Positions 1 through 10,197 of a stretch of 64,000 nucleotides of DNA are shown here, piece by piece. Position numbers and translations under genes: made by a program. The notes under the pieces are model-generated. The model was not told where the DNA came from. It searched no databases and saw nothing but the letters and a program-made list of their open reading frames with translations. Position 1 is the stretch's first letter; each line of letters begins with the position of its first letter. This stretch comes from Acidobacteriota bacterium (lineage in GTDB: Bacteria > Acidobacteriota > UBA6911 > RPQK01 > JAJDTT01), in assembly GCA_965209055.1 (NCBI GenBank), contig OZ242374.1, forward strand, positions 3,808,001-3,872,000, read 5' to 3'.

Positions 1-1586
1 AAGGGCGCAGGAGCCCCTGTTTGGTGTTCTGCTTCAACCGCCGGGAGTGCTGGTCGGTGGCGGAACGGCTCAAGGGCCGGCCCCTGGTGGACGGGAGCCG
101 GAAGCGAAAGCTGGCCGCTCGCCTGCGGGACTCGGACCTGTCGGATGGAGCTGGACCCATCCTGCGGCAGCTCCTCTTGCGGGGCGTGGGAATCCACCAT
201 GCCGGGGTCCTGCCCAAGTATCGGCGTGTTGTGGAGCAGTTGTTCCAGCGCCGGCTGCTTCCGGTGGTCATCTGCACGGAGACCCTGTCGGCCGGGATCA
301 ATCTGCCGGCCAGGTCCGTGGTGCTGAAGAGTCTGGTCAAGGGCCCGCCGCGGCGGAAACGGGCGCTGGACGCCACCACCGCCCATCAGATCTTCGGCCG
401 GGCCGGGCGGCCCCGATGGGATCGTCGGGGATTTGTCCTGGCCCTGGCTCCGGAAGAAGAAGTAAAGCTTCTGCGCCGCAAGCGAAAGTTGGAGTCGATC
501 CCCGCCCGGACCCGCAAGTCGGCGTTTCGCCAGGCCCGGAAGTCCCTGGCGCGGAGGATGAGGTCCCGTCGCCATGCCCGCGCCTCCTGGGACCGGTCTC
601 AGTTTCGCCGTTTGGTTGCGGCGCGGCCGGCGGTCCTGGCCAGCCGGGGGCCGCTGCCCTGGCGGTATTTGGCCTACCTGCTGAAGCGTTCGCCACAAGT
701 CGACGAGGTCCGGACCATGGTCGGAAAGCGGTTGCTGAGCGCCCGAGCGGTGCAGTCGGCTCAAGGGGCTCTGAACGACATGCTGCTCACCCTGCGCCTC
801 GGAGGCTACGTGACGTTGGACCCGGAACCGCCTCCCCAAGAAGAGGTTTCGCCCGACTACCGTCCGGTGCTTGCTCAGGCCACGCTTCGGCTGGACCGGC
901 TGCTGGCCTTTCGCGGCATCAATCCTCTCTATGGCGACTTCCTGAGCGAGATGCTGCCGAAGGGTAGCCGAAGCGAGAGGATTCAGGCTCTGGAAAGCGT
1001 CCTTGAGCTTTCCGGAGCGGTGGCCAGAGCGGTTCCGGTGCCGGAATCCCGGCGGCTGGACCCCGGTCCCCTCGAGACGGCCTGTCTCGATCCCGAATTG
1101 GTTCGTCCGGGACCAACCGGGGACACGCAATCAACGCTCCGGCAGCACCTCTTGGAGGCAGGTCCGGGACCGACCCTGGCCGCCAAGTTGCGTCTCGTGT
1201 TCGATGGACGGTTGCCTCAGGTGACTCAGTTGAAGGTTCGGCCCGTCTGGGCCGCCGGGGATCTGCTCGACCTCGGGGGTGACTTCAACCGGTTCGTCCA
1301 CAGCCGCGGGCTGGTCAGGCAGGAGGGGATTCTGTTTCGCCATTTGCTTCGCCTGGCGCTGCTGTGCGGGGAGTTCGCCGCGCTCCCGAATTGGGACGCC
1401 GCCTGCGGTTGCGACCTGGAGGAAGTGGCGCTCGCACTGCGCCGGAGTTGCCGCCGGATCGACCCCGAGAGCACCGACCGGTTTTTGGAGCGGAGCGGCG
1501 GTTTCGAACCGCCGAACAGGAACGGCGGTTTCCAACCGCCGAACAGGAGCGGCGGTTTCCAACCGCCGGACACCAAAAAACCGTGA
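1..1586 (+). CDS. Ski2-like DEAD/DEAH-box helicase, C-terminal part (5' truncated by window edge)
   Basis: SF2 helicase motifs VFCFNR, GIHHAG, TETLSAGINLPARSV, QIFGRAGRP; C-terminal tail encoded by REP repeats. Confidence 0.85.
   Translation, partial: GRRSPCLVFCFNRRECWSVAERLKGRPLVDGSRKRKLAARLRDSDLSDGAGPILRQLLLRGVGIHHAGVLPKYRRVVEQLFQRRLLPVVICTETLSAGINLPARSVVLKSLVKGPPRRKRALDATTAHQIFGRAGRPRWDRRGFVLALAPEEEVKLLRRKRKLESIPARTRKSAFRQARKSLARRMRSRRHARASWDRSQFRRLVAARPAVLASRGPLPWRYLAYLLKRSPQVDEVRTMVGKRLLSARAVQSAQGALNDMLLTLRLGGYVTLDPEPPPQEEVSPDYRPVLAQATLRLDRLLAFRGINPLYGDFLSEMLPKGSRSERIQALESVLELSGAVARAVPVPESRRLDPGPLETACLDPELVRPGPTGDTQSTLRQHLLEAGPGPTLAAKLRLVFDGRLPQVTQLKVRPVWAAGDLLDLGGDFNRFVHSRGLVRQEGILFRHLLRLALLCGEFAALPNWDAACGCDLEEVALALRRSCRRIDPESTDRFLERSGGFEPPNRNGGFQPPNRSGGFQPPDTKKP
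1492..1572. repeat. Three tandem 27-bp GGAG-type REP palindromes
   Basis: GGA(G/A)CGGCGGTTTC(G/C)AACCGCCG(A/G)ACA x3; CGGCGGTT/AACCGCCG stem. Confidence 0.85.
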
Positions 1587-1680
1587 ACCGCCAACCCCGC
1601 GGAAGAAGAAAACGGGCGCGAGGAGAATAGGGGCATTTGAACTTGGCGGCTTGATGATTGCCCCAACAAGGAGAAATGAA

Positions 1681-2448
1681 ATGGAATCGATCCCGAGGCG
1701 GAATCTGTTGGGTGTTTCCGGAGCCCTTGCCGGCGGGACGTTGTTGGGACTCGCTGAGAGCGAGAGCGAGGAGCCCGGAAAGAAGTCCAAACGGGAGCCT
1801 CGGCTAAAGGTCGTCGTCGTCGGCGCCCACCCGGACGACCCCGAAACCGGTTGCGGCGGAACCATGGCCCGTTACGCTGCAGCGGGCCACCGCGTGACGG
1901 CCCTCTACCTGACCCGCGGCGAGCGGGGCATCCGGGGACAGTCGCTGGAGGAGGCCGCGAGCATCCGCACCGCCGAGGCTCAGGAAGCCTGCCGAATCCT
2001 GGGGGCGAGACCCCTCTTCGCCGGACAGATCGATGGCGACACCGCGACCGGCAATCGGCGTTACGAGGAATTCCTGAAGATCGTTCAGGGAGAAGACCCG
2101 GACCTGCTGTTCACCCACTGGCCCATCGACCGCCACCGGGACCACCGCGCGGCCAGCATGCTGGCGTTCGATGCTTGGCTGAAACTGGATCGGAAGTTCG
2201 ATCTCTACTTCTATGAGGTCGTTTCCGGGAGGCAGAGCCAGACCTTCTCACCCACTCACTACATCGACATCACCGCCACCGAGTCCCTGAAGAAGAAGGC
2301 CACCTACGCCCACGCCAGCCAGAACCCGGAGGGGCTGTACCGCCGCCACGACCTGATGAACCGGTTTCGCGGCTCCGAGTACCGCTGCGAGTTCGCCGAA
2401 GCCTTCGTACGCCACGTCCAGGGTGCGGATCACGAGTTCCGGTTCTGA
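1681..2448 (+). CDS. PIG-L/LmbE family deacetylase with Tat-like signal
   Basis: AHPDD and HRDH metal motifs; N-terminal PRRNLLG followed by a hydrophobic stretch. Confidence 0.9.
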   Translation: MESIPRRNLLGVSGALAGGTLLGLAESESEEPGKKSKREPRLKVVVVGAHPDDPETGCGGTMARYAAAGHRVTALYLTRGERGIRGQSLEEAASIRTAEAQEACRILGARPLFAGQIDGDTATGNRRYEEFLKIVQGEDPDLLFTHWPIDRHRDHRAASMLAFDAWLKLDRKFDLYFYEVVSGRQSQTFSPTHYIDITATESLKKKATYAHASQNPEGLYRRHDLMNRFRGSEYRCEFAEAFVRHVQGADHEFRF

Positions 2449-2464
2449 GCGGATGCCGACTGGT

Positions 2465-2698
2465 TCAGGAGCCCATCGTTCTCGCATGCCGCTGGTCAAG
2501 CTCGTCGAGCAACCCTAAGCCGCGCGTCACATCACCTCGCGCTGCGCGCATGCGAAATCTCATTTCCGTATCGTGTTCGGTCAACGCTCGAACTGAGAGT
2601 TCTTCCATCAGCTTGTTGAGACTCAGGCCACGCTGGGCAGCCATGGCCTTCAACCGATCACGATGGGCATCAGGAAGCCGAATCGTTAACGTAGCCAT
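2465..2698 (-). CDS. Ribbon-helix-helix antitoxin
   Basis: MATLTIRLPD...LKAMAAQRGLSLNKL RHH pattern; directly downstream of PIN toxin. Confidence 0.8.
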   Translation of the reverse strand: MATLTIRLPDAHRDRLKAMAAQRGLSLNKLMEELSVRALTEHDTEMRFRMRAARGDVTRGLGLLDELDQRHARTMGS

Positions 2699-2699
2699 G

Positions 2700-3128
2700 T
2701 CAGTGAACCTCCTTCAACCAAGCACCTGGAGTGGCAACACGGAAACTGTCAAATACCAATTCGCCTGCCGCAATATCTCTGACGTTCCCTGTCACGATCC
2801 ACTCGGCGTTACCTGCAATTGCCAACTCGATCAGATGGTTATCGGACTCGTCCGGCAGATTGGGGCGCCATAGAAATGTGATGTTGACCCATTGGCAGAC
2901 GTTGAGAAGAGCATCAAATAAAGCCTGCCGATCCCCTGGACCGATCAATGCCGTAGCGAATAATTCCTGTCTCGACAGTACATCCTCATACTCGAGAAAC
3001 AAGGCGTTGCTGATTAGCGGCCGGGCGTTGCCGCCAAAACATCGCCGCAGTACTTCCCGGGCTGCACCATCGGGCGATAGGATCGCGGAAACCAGAACAT
3101 TGGTGTCAACGACGATCCGTGGTGCCAC
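2700..3128 (-). CDS. PIN-domain toxin
   Basis: VVDTNVLVSA, EYEDV, DESDNHLIELA, IVTGNVRD PIN acidic residues. Confidence 0.9.
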   Translation of the reverse strand: MAPRIVVDTNVLVSAILSPDGAAREVLRRCFGGNARPLISNALFLEYEDVLSRQELFATALIGPGDRQALFDALLNVCQWVNITFLWRPNLPDESDNHLIELAIAGNAEWIVTGNVRDIAAGELVFDSFRVATPGAWLKEVH

Positions 3129-3294
3129 AGAGTGATAGTGTATATGCTATCATTCTGATCTGCAACTCTTGGAGTCGGCAACGCGACTGTCGTGCCGTCC
3201 CGGCGAACTGACCCAATTGGGGCAGAGCCCCAACCGACTGGATTATGGCTTTTGGAACATCCGTGCGGATCATACCGGTCCGAATGCCCAATCC

Positions 3295-6200
3295 CTAAAA
3301 AACCAGCTTCAACCCGAACTGCGCCGAGATGGGACCCGGGGTCTGGTCCAACTGCATGAAGTTGGGGTCGCCCAGGATGGCGTTTCTCGCTGCGAGGGGG
3401 GTGCTGTAGTAGTTGCCGGCATTCGTCAGGTTGAAGACCTCGAAGGTGAAGCGAATCAACGCGGTGTCGTTGGCGGAGAGGGAAAACTCCCGGCTGAGCC
3501 GGAAGTCCCAGCGGAAGTAGGCTCCAGTGGAGAAAGGATAACGTTCCAGCAGGGCGCCGTTTTGCACCGGGCGAATGGGATTGAAGTCGTTGGAGCACTG
3601 GAAGCTGTTGTCGAAGACCGATCCCGGGGATCCGTCCGCCACACCGGGATCTCCGCAGCGGCCCGAATACGCCGGAAAAGGCCGTCCGCTACGGGCGGAC
3701 ACCAGGGTGCTGATCCGGAGCTTGCCCGGCAATTCGAAATAGCCGAAAAACGAGAACTGGTGGGTGATGTCCAGTTGGCTGCGTCCCCAATCCAACTCCA
3801 GGAAGTTGAAGGGATCCGAAGGTCCGTAGGAGGCATCGCTGGAGCGGTCGCTGGTAGCGTTGTCTTCATTGTTGGAAAACGAGTAGTTCACCGCGAACTG
3901 GGTTCGATTCCGAAAATCCTTCTTCAACTGGACGATCAGCGCGTGATATCTGGCCTCTCCGAAGCTGGCGATCGCATTGGCGTTGCCGACGTTCGGATCC
4001 AGGCGCGGCAGGTTGAATCCGCCCACCGTGCGGCCGTGCTCGTCCAGAGTCGCGCCGGACGGGTCCAGGTTCCGGTCCCAGGGTGTCGAGAAGAACCCGC
4101 CGGTCCGCAGATTGGCGGAGCGGTTGAAGGTATATGTTCCGGTGATGCTGAGTTCGCCGGCAATCTGTCGTTCGATTCCGACTTGGCCGTTGATCACTCG
4201 CGCGCTCTGGTAGTTGGGATCCACATAGTCGATGGGCGGCGGACCGATGAGGCTCTCGACCTCGGGAGTCGCCATCGAGGGGAGCAGCCCGGGATAGCTC
4301 AGGCCGAATCCGAGCAGGTCGGTGGATGAACCGAAGAATGGGACGAAAACGACGGCGGATCGCAGGCCCGGCCCGGACAGCATTCCCGCTACGAAAATCG
4401 TGGGAGCGGCAGCGTAGTAGATGCCGGTGCCACCACGGATGATTGTGCTGCGTCGACCGCCCACGTCCCAGGCGAATCCCACCCGGGGCGCGAAATTGTT
4501 GAAGTCGTCGGGCACATCGGAGGAGGCTGGAGCCAGTTCGACCGAGACCCGGTTTCCGCTGATGCGGGGCTTGCCGACCGGCAGCATCGCCTCGGGCAGG
4601 CCGAATCCCGATTCCGGGTTCCAGACTCCGTCCCAACGCAACCCCAGGTTCAAATTGAAATCGGCGTGCACCCGCCAGTTGTCCTGCACGAAAAACGACA
4701 GTTCGTGCTGCCAGAAGTCGGTAAGCGTGCCGCTCTCCACCACGCCGATACCGTTGATTCCCACGCGCTGGAGAAGGAAGGCGGGAGTGCGGGCCGCGAA
4801 GTCCTCCAGGCTGAAGAACGTGTAGACACCCCCGGCGAACCCGATGAAGGTCTGGTTGGACGCGTTGGAGTTCAGGTCGCCCCCCAGCTTGAGGTCATGT
4901 CTTCCGAAGGTGCGGCTGAAACTGTCGATGATCTGGTAGCGCTTGTGCTGGCTGTCGATGGGAAGAAAGAAGACCTGCCCGAAGTTGCCCGTATCGGTGA
5001 TGGATGTCTCCGGACCGGGAGCCCGCTGCCGGCGGGGCCGGATCTCCTGCGAATAGGAGAATCGCAGTTCATTGACACTCGCGTTTCCCAGAAGAGAGGT
5101 GATGGATTGGGCCGCGGCCCAGCCTTCATTGACAAAGTTCTCGAAGTTGGACTCCACACGGCCCAGCACGAAGGTCTGGCTGCCGGCGTAGCCGGTGAAG
5201 TTGTCGGTCTCGTTGCGGGTGTAGTTCAGACGGGTCGTCGCCAGGTGGTTGCTGGTGAGGTTGTAGTCGAATTTGGTGAGTACGGCAGTCAGGTCCTGGC
5301 GCTGGGAACTGCTGTGCTCAAGGTCGGCCAGGGTGGAGCCGCCGTAGAACGACGGGACCGGACAGGGGCAGGGTTCGGCCGATACGTCGCGGGCGAAAAC
5401 TGCGGTCAGGGGCCCCTTCTGCTGCTGGGCGTCCAGGGCCAGGAAGAAGAAGGCCCTGTCCCGGGAGATCGGTCCCCCCACGGTCCCTCCGAACTGGTGC
5501 CGGGTGTTCAACCCCGGCGCGATGGTGGTTTCCGGGTCGGCCGGCACCGAGGTGTCTGCGATGAAGGTGTTGGACTGGAAGAACCAGTGGGCCGACCCGT
5601 GCCAATTGTTGGTGCCCGACTTGGTCACCACGTTGATCAAGCCTCCGGTGGCGTGGCCGAACTCGGCCGAGAGACCCGTGTCCCGAACCTGGAACTCCTG
5701 AATCGCGTCCTGCGGCACCGTGAAGTTCTTGGTTTCCAACGAACCGAACCATTCGCCGAAGAAAGAGTTCCGATTGTCCACTCCGTCGATGATCAGTCCC
5801 GTGTACTCTCCTTGTTGCCCCTGGAGCCTGACGGGAGAGCGCAGTCCCGGAGTGGTGTCAGCCGTCGGCGACAGGTTGGCGAAGTCCCGGAAGTCGCGTC
5901 CGCTGATGGGCAGGTTCTCCACGTAGTCGTTGTTGATGGCGGTATTGACCCGGGTTTCGCTCGTATCCATGCGGCCGGTTCCACTCTGGACGGTAATCTC
6001 CTGACCGACCGCCTCGAGCTGGAGGGTGACGTCCTCGATCAACTCCTGGCCAATGGAGAGCACCACGCCCTCCACGATGGTTCTGGCGAAGCCGGGCATG
6101 GAGACCTGGATCACATACTCGCCGGCCGGCAGGATATCGGCTCGAAACCGTCCGGCGTCGTTGCTGACCAGCGCCCGCTCGGCGCCGGTGGAGGCATTGA

Positions 6201-6363
6201 TGACCGTCACGCCGGCACCTGGGATCACGGCGCCGGAGGGGTCGAAGATGGTGCCGCTGATGGCGCCTTTTTCCAGAGTTTGGGCCACGCCGAACACACA
6301 GAGGAGGACTAGTAGGGGCAATAGGGGAAGAAACGATTGTCTGGTCGACTCTGAGCTCAACAT
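3295..6363 (-). CDS. TonB-dependent receptor, Oar-like, with N-terminal carboxypeptidase-regulatory-like domain
   Basis: GAISGTIFDPSGAVIPGA, LPISGRDF, IQEFQV...AEFGHATGGLINVVTKSGTN, C-terminal QFGLKLVF; AAAAGGAG SD before ATG 6363. Confidence 0.9.
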   Translation of the reverse strand: MLSSESTRQSFLPLLPLLVLLCVFGVAQTLEKGAISGTIFDPSGAVIPGAGVTVINASTGAERALVSNDAGRFRADILPAGEYVIQVSMPGFARTIVEGVVLSIGQELIEDVTLQLEAVGQEITVQSGTGRMDTSETRVNTAINNDYVENLPISGRDFRDFANLSPTADTTPGLRSPVRLQGQQGEYTGLIIDGVDNRNSFFGEWFGSLETKNFTVPQDAIQEFQVRDTGLSAEFGHATGGLINVVTKSGTNNWHGSAHWFFQSNTFIADTSVPADPETTIAPGLNTRHQFGGTVGGPISRDRAFFFLALDAQQQKGPLTAVFARDVSAEPCPCPVPSFYGGSTLADLEHSSSQRQDLTAVLTKFDYNLTSNHLATTRLNYTRNETDNFTGYAGSQTFVLGRVESNFENFVNEGWAAAQSITSLLGNASVNELRFSYSQEIRPRRQRAPGPETSITDTGNFGQVFFLPIDSQHKRYQIIDSFSRTFGRHDLKLGGDLNSNASNQTFIGFAGGVYTFFSLEDFAARTPAFLLQRVGINGIGVVESGTLTDFWQHELSFFVQDNWRVHADFNLNLGLRWDGVWNPESGFGLPEAMLPVGKPRISGNRVSVELAPASSDVPDDFNNFAPRVGFAWDVGGRRSTIIRGGTGIYYAAAPTIFVAGMLSGPGLRSAVVFVPFFGSSTDLLGFGLSYPGLLPSMATPEVESLIGPPPIDYVDPNYQSARVINGQVGIERQIAGELSITGTYTFNRSANLRTGGFFSTPWDRNLDPSGATLDEHGRTVGGFNLPRLDPNVGNANAIASFGEARYHALIVQLKKDFRNRTQFAVNYSFSNNEDNATSDRSSDASYGPSDPFNFLELDWGRSQLDITHQFSFFGYFELPGKLRISTLVSARSGRPFPAYSGRCGDPGVADGSPGSVFDNSFQCSNDFNPIRPVQNGALLERYPFSTGAYFRWDFRLSREFSLSANDTALIRFTFEVFNLTNAGNYYSTPLAARNAILGDPNFMQLDQTPGPISAQFGLKLVF

Positions 6364-6524
6364 TGAACTCCTTTTCGCACGCAACGTCACCGAGAGAGCC
6401 AATCGCCACGCCATCCTCGCCGTCGGCGCGGCACTGTTCGAGACCGTCGGCTCCTGAGCGTCCATTTGGTGCAAGAAACCTGCTACCAAGAGAGATTTCT
6501 TAGGATTCATTTCCGAAAGAATGC

Positions 6525-7766
6525 CTATTTGATCCCCGGCGTGATGACAGCTACGGATCCCGTCGTTGTGTTCTGCAACAGACCGGCCACCGTGAAGAGT
6601 CCGCCCTCCGTGCTCCGAATGATAGCGTGCCCGGCGAATGCGGTCCGGGCACCCAACACATCAGGGAACAATGGGGCCTCGTCAAGGTAGCGGGCAAGAT
6701 GTTGACCGGGTTCGAGAGTGAGATCAATACGCGCGATGCCGCTCCCGTCAGCAACGTGGAGCACAATTTCCAAATCGACAGTTTCTTCCAGGTTGGGATT
6801 GAATAGGGCGATGCCGGTGTTTTCCTCCGCCGACTTGCTGACAAAGACCGTGGCCTCGGCCGTCGGCTTCGCGGCTGGGACCGAGACCCGGTGTCCCAGA
6901 ATTTCGTAGACGAGGGAACCTCGCAGCAGGGAATCCTCCCCCAGCTCGGATACGACGGTCAGGGGTCCCACCTTCAAAGACCCGGCGCCGCTGGACCATA
7001 GATCGAGGTGACCCCGGGCAGGAACCGAATGGGCCTGGCTTTCGATGATTCCACCCATGCCGTCCAGAAAGCTGATGACCACCGGATCGTCCGTCGTGGC
7101 TGAGAGGTTAAGCAGAATCAGTCGAGAGCGGTTCGTGAAGCCTCCAAATTCACCATCGACATAATGGGGGAAGATCAGATTGGAAGAACCCGGCGGGCAG
7201 GCGTCCGCCTGGTCTGCGGAGCAATCCCGGACCACCAGATCGGTCGACTCGCATCGGGACAGAACCAATTCCAGAGCGTCGGCCTCCGCCTGGTCGATGG
7301 TCAGGTCGTATTTGAGGCGAACCTGCACTACGCGGCCGGCGAACCAACACCGGTTTTCGTCGGGCAGCCACTCGGCGGCATCCCGATCTCCCTTGACGCT
7401 GTTCAGGTGCGGACTGGCGAGGGTCAAGTTGAGAAGATCTCTGGAAAATTCCTTTTTCGTCTCCGCATCGGCCGAACACAGGCCGCTGTCGTGGGCCTCC
7501 GAAAGAGAGACCAGGTGCTCGATTGTGGTCTCGGACGTGCCTGCGAAGCAGCGCCCGGTGTAGGGCTCGTAAACCTGTTCCATCTCGGCGACAATCTCGT
7601 CTTCCAAAGCCGGAGGAACGGGATAGTCCCCGCGGTCGTACTCGGAGCATCTTTCTTCCGGAGCGATCTGGAGGCCTCTCCAGGACTGGATCTGATCAGC
7701 CCGATCGGCTCCGGCGATCCACCAAGGCGTATTGGTCAACAGAAGCGCGAGCAACGGTCGATTCAT
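6525..7766 (-). CDS. Secreted HNH endonuclease (DUF1524-like) fused to C-terminal beta-rich domain
   Basis: Signal peptide; IEHLVSLSEAHDSG...NLTLASPHLNSVKGDRDAAEWLP. Confidence 0.75.
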   Translation of the reverse strand: MNRPLLALLLTNTPWWIAGADRADQIQSWRGLQIAPEERCSEYDRGDYPVPPALEDEIVAEMEQVYEPYTGRCFAGTSETTIEHLVSLSEAHDSGLCSADAETKKEFSRDLLNLTLASPHLNSVKGDRDAAEWLPDENRCWFAGRVVQVRLKYDLTIDQAEADALELVLSRCESTDLVVRDCSADQADACPPGSSNLIFPHYVDGEFGGFTNRSRLILLNLSATTDDPVVISFLDGMGGIIESQAHSVPARGHLDLWSSGAGSLKVGPLTVVSELGEDSLLRGSLVYEILGHRVSVPAAKPTAEATVFVSKSAEENTGIALFNPNLEETVDLEIVLHVADGSGIARIDLTLEPGQHLARYLDEAPLFPDVLGARTAFAGHAIIRSTEGGLFTVAGLLQNTTTGSVAVITPGIK

Positions 7767-7909
7767 TGTCTACTCCCCTCTTTGTGCGCAGGTCCTTGAG
7801 AATATTCGGGCCAGGACGCAGATCAAAGGGGACGGGAATAGCGTGAGATCGCTTCAAGTCGTCGCAGCCAGACCGGCGGTTTGGAGTGGGGTTATCATCC
7901 TCCGGTCCT

Positions 7910-8050
7910 GGAGGGGACAGGAATGTCCCCTCTCCTGTTTAAAACGGAGGCGATTTCCAATCGCCCGGTCTTCGTCGCCAAGTTGTCACACCGGAGTTCG
8001 GCGATTGGAAATCGCCGCTCCAGTTCGGCGGTTAGGAAACCGCCGCACCC
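7910..8050. repeat. REP/BIME-like cluster
   Basis: Palindromes GGGGACAGGAATGTCCCC, GGCGATTTCCAATCGCC, GGCGATTGGAAATCGCC, GGCGGTTAGGAAACCGCC. Confidence 0.8.
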
Positions 8051-8080
8051 ATCCTTCCGTGGCGCTGCAAGTGGCGGCGG

Positions 8081-8572
8081 CTATAGGTCATAGAATTTCA
8101 AGTCCACGTTCTTGCGAAGGCGGGTGATGTAGATGATCTGTCCCGTGTGGTAGGCGAAGTGTTCGACGACGTGGAGGACGGCCTGAAGTCCGGTGACGTC
8201 GTAGACCTGAATTCTGCGGGTTGTGGAAAGATCCTTTTCGGTCAACGATTCCAGTACCTGGGTTGCCTCTTGGACGGTTGTCTCCAGCATCTCCAGCAAT
8301 TGGTCCTTGGGAAGGGGGAGGCGCCGGGAGAACTCTGCCGGCCGCCGTCGCCGGTCCTCCTCCTCACCCAAGCCTGAGACGATCCATTGCCGGACGTTTC
8401 CACACAGGTGCAGGACCAGATTGCCGATGCTGTTGGTGTTCTCGTGGGCCCGCCACCAGATGTCCTCCCGGGAGAGGATCTCAAGACAGCGGCGGACCTT
8501 GGGCAGGTAATCGTCGTTCAGATGGTGGCAAGCCTGCGACAGGAAGTGTTGAGCCGAATCGTAAGACGTCAT
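8081..8572 (-). CDS. DinB/DUF1572 family protein
   Basis: NSIGNLVLHLCGN and HVVEHFAYHTGQI motifs. Confidence 0.85.
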   Translation of the reverse strand: MTSYDSAQHFLSQACHHLNDDYLPKVRRCLEILSREDIWWRAHENTNSIGNLVLHLCGNVRQWIVSGLGEEEDRRRRPAEFSRRLPLPKDQLLEMLETTVQEATQVLESLTEKDLSTTRRIQVYDVTGLQAVLHVVEHFAYHTGQIIYITRLRKNVDLKFYDL

Positions 8573-8640
8573 TTCAGCCTCCGCTCATCTGCGATGCCAG
8601 AAGTGGGAAACGATTCGGCAGGCGAAACGGGGGCTTGGCA

Positions 8641-8676
8641 GACGCCGGAATGGGGGACAAGAATGTCCCCCCTCCT
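8641..8676. repeat. REP downstream of DUF1501 copy 1
   Basis: GACGCCGGAATGGGGGACAAGAATGTCCCCCCTCCT, nearly identical to 13622-13657. Confidence 0.75.
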
Positions 8677-8689
8677 GCCCGATCTCGAA

Positions 8690-10153
8690 TCAGGACAGAA
8701 TCCCCTGGATCACGCTTCCGTGAACGTCGGTGAGCCGGAAATCCCGCCCGCCGAAGCGGTAGCTGAGCGCTTCGTGGTCGAGCCCCAGGAGGTGGAGGAT
8801 GGTGGCGTGGAGATCGTGGATGGTCTGGCGGTTCTCCACCACGCGGTAGCCGTACTCGTCGGTGGCGCCGTAGATGAACCCCTTCTTCAGGCCGCCGCCG
8901 GCCAGCCACAGGCTGAAGCCGAAGGGGTTGTGGTCCCGGCCGTCCTTGCCCTGGACGAACGGCGTCCGTCCGAACTCGCCAGAGAAGATGACCAGGGTCT
9001 CGTCCAGGAGGCCCCGGGCCTTGAGGTCCTTGATCAGCGCCGCCACCGGCTGGTCCACGACCAGGGCGTTGGCGGTGTGCCCTTCGAACAACTTGGTGTG
9101 CTGGTCCCAGGGATTGGCATCTATGGCCTCGCCGCCGCCCCGGACCGTCGTCAGCTCCACGAAGCGCACGCCCCGTTCCACCAGCCTTCGAGCCACCAGG
9201 CACTGGCGCGCATAGGCCGCCTTGGTCGGAACTGCGGAGTCGACGCCGTACAGTTTTCGGGTGGCCGGGGTCTCTCCACTCAGGTCCACCAGCTCGGGCA
9301 CCGAGCTCTGCATTCGGTAGGCGGTCTCGTAGTTCCGGATGGCCGCTTCCACCTGCGGGTGTCGGCCGGCAGTAGCCAGGAATTCCCGGTCCAGGGAGTC
9401 GATCACCGAAATCCTCTGTCGCTGGCGGAGGTCCGATTCCCGGGGACGGATGTTGCCCAGAGGTTCCTTGCGTTCGGGATAGATGAACGAGCCCTGATGG
9501 ACGGCCGACAGGAATCCGTTGCCGAAGATGTTGATGCCTCCCAGCGGGACCCCGCCGCTCCCCAGCACCACGAATCCGGGCAGGTTCCGGTTCTCGCTGC
9601 CCAGGCCGTAGCTGATCCAGGCGCCCATGCTGGGAAACCCGGCGAAGGGCGTCCCGCAGTGGAAATAGAAGTTGGCTTGGGCGTGGGACATGAACTTTGC
9701 GGTCATGGAGCGGATCAACGTCAACTCGTCGGCGACGCCGCCGATGTGGGGAAAAAGATCGCTGACGGGGATTCCGCTGCTTCCGTAGCGCTTGAACTCC
9801 CACGGACTGGGGAAGATGTTGCCGTCCAGGTTGAACATGGTCCGTTCGGTCTTGAACGGCATGGGCTCGCCCGCTTCCTTGTCCAGTCGGGGCTTGGGGT
9901 CGAAGGAATCGATCTGGGACAGGCCTCCCGACAGATAGCAGAAGATGACGTTCTTGACTTGAGGCTTGTGGTGTCCTCGTTTAGCGGCTAACGGATTGTC
10001 GGGAGGGGAGGGAGTCAGGCCCGCGTAAGCCGGGTCGGCCATGAGAGCCGAGAGGGCCAGCATCCCGAATCCGGTGGACGTCTGCCGCAGCATCTCGCGC
10101 CGGGAAAATCCGGACGGGAATGACGGCGAGGTGTAGTGCGGCACAGGCGGCAT
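8690..10153 (-). CDS. DUF1501 family protein (Tat-exported), copy 1
   Basis: SRREML Tat motif; [49 protein letters not shown]. Confidence 0.92.
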   Translation of the reverse strand: MPPVPHYTSPSFPSGFSRREMLRQTSTGFGMLALSALMADPAYAGLTPSPPDNPLAAKRGHHKPQVKNVIFCYLSGGLSQIDSFDPKPRLDKEAGEPMPFKTERTMFNLDGNIFPSPWEFKRYGSSGIPVSDLFPHIGGVADELTLIRSMTAKFMSHAQANFYFHCGTPFAGFPSMGAWISYGLGSENRNLPGFVVLGSGGVPLGGINIFGNGFLSAVHQGSFIYPERKEPLGNIRPRESDLRQRQRISVIDSLDREFLATAGRHPQVEAAIRNYETAYRMQSSVPELVDLSGETPATRKLYGVDSAVPTKAAYARQCLVARRLVERGVRFVELTTVRGGGEAIDANPWDQHTKLFEGHTANALVVDQPVAALIKDLKARGLLDETLVIFSGEFGRTPFVQGKDGRDHNPFGFSLWLAGGGLKKGFIYGATDEYGYRVVENRQTIHDLHATILHLLGLDHEALSYRFGGRDFRLTDVHGSVIQGILS

Positions 10154-10197
10154 CGAGTTTCAGTTTACAGAGGGGCCGCTTTTCCGTCGAGCGTCCC

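Noticed and set aside
1492-1572. Possible mini-CRISPR array
   Set aside because: Units are contiguous 27-bp palindromes without unique spacers and no cas genes are present; REP-like.
1279-1680. Extended start of the PIG-L ORF
   Set aside because: Overlaps the helicase and REPs; SD and Tat-like motif point to ~1681.
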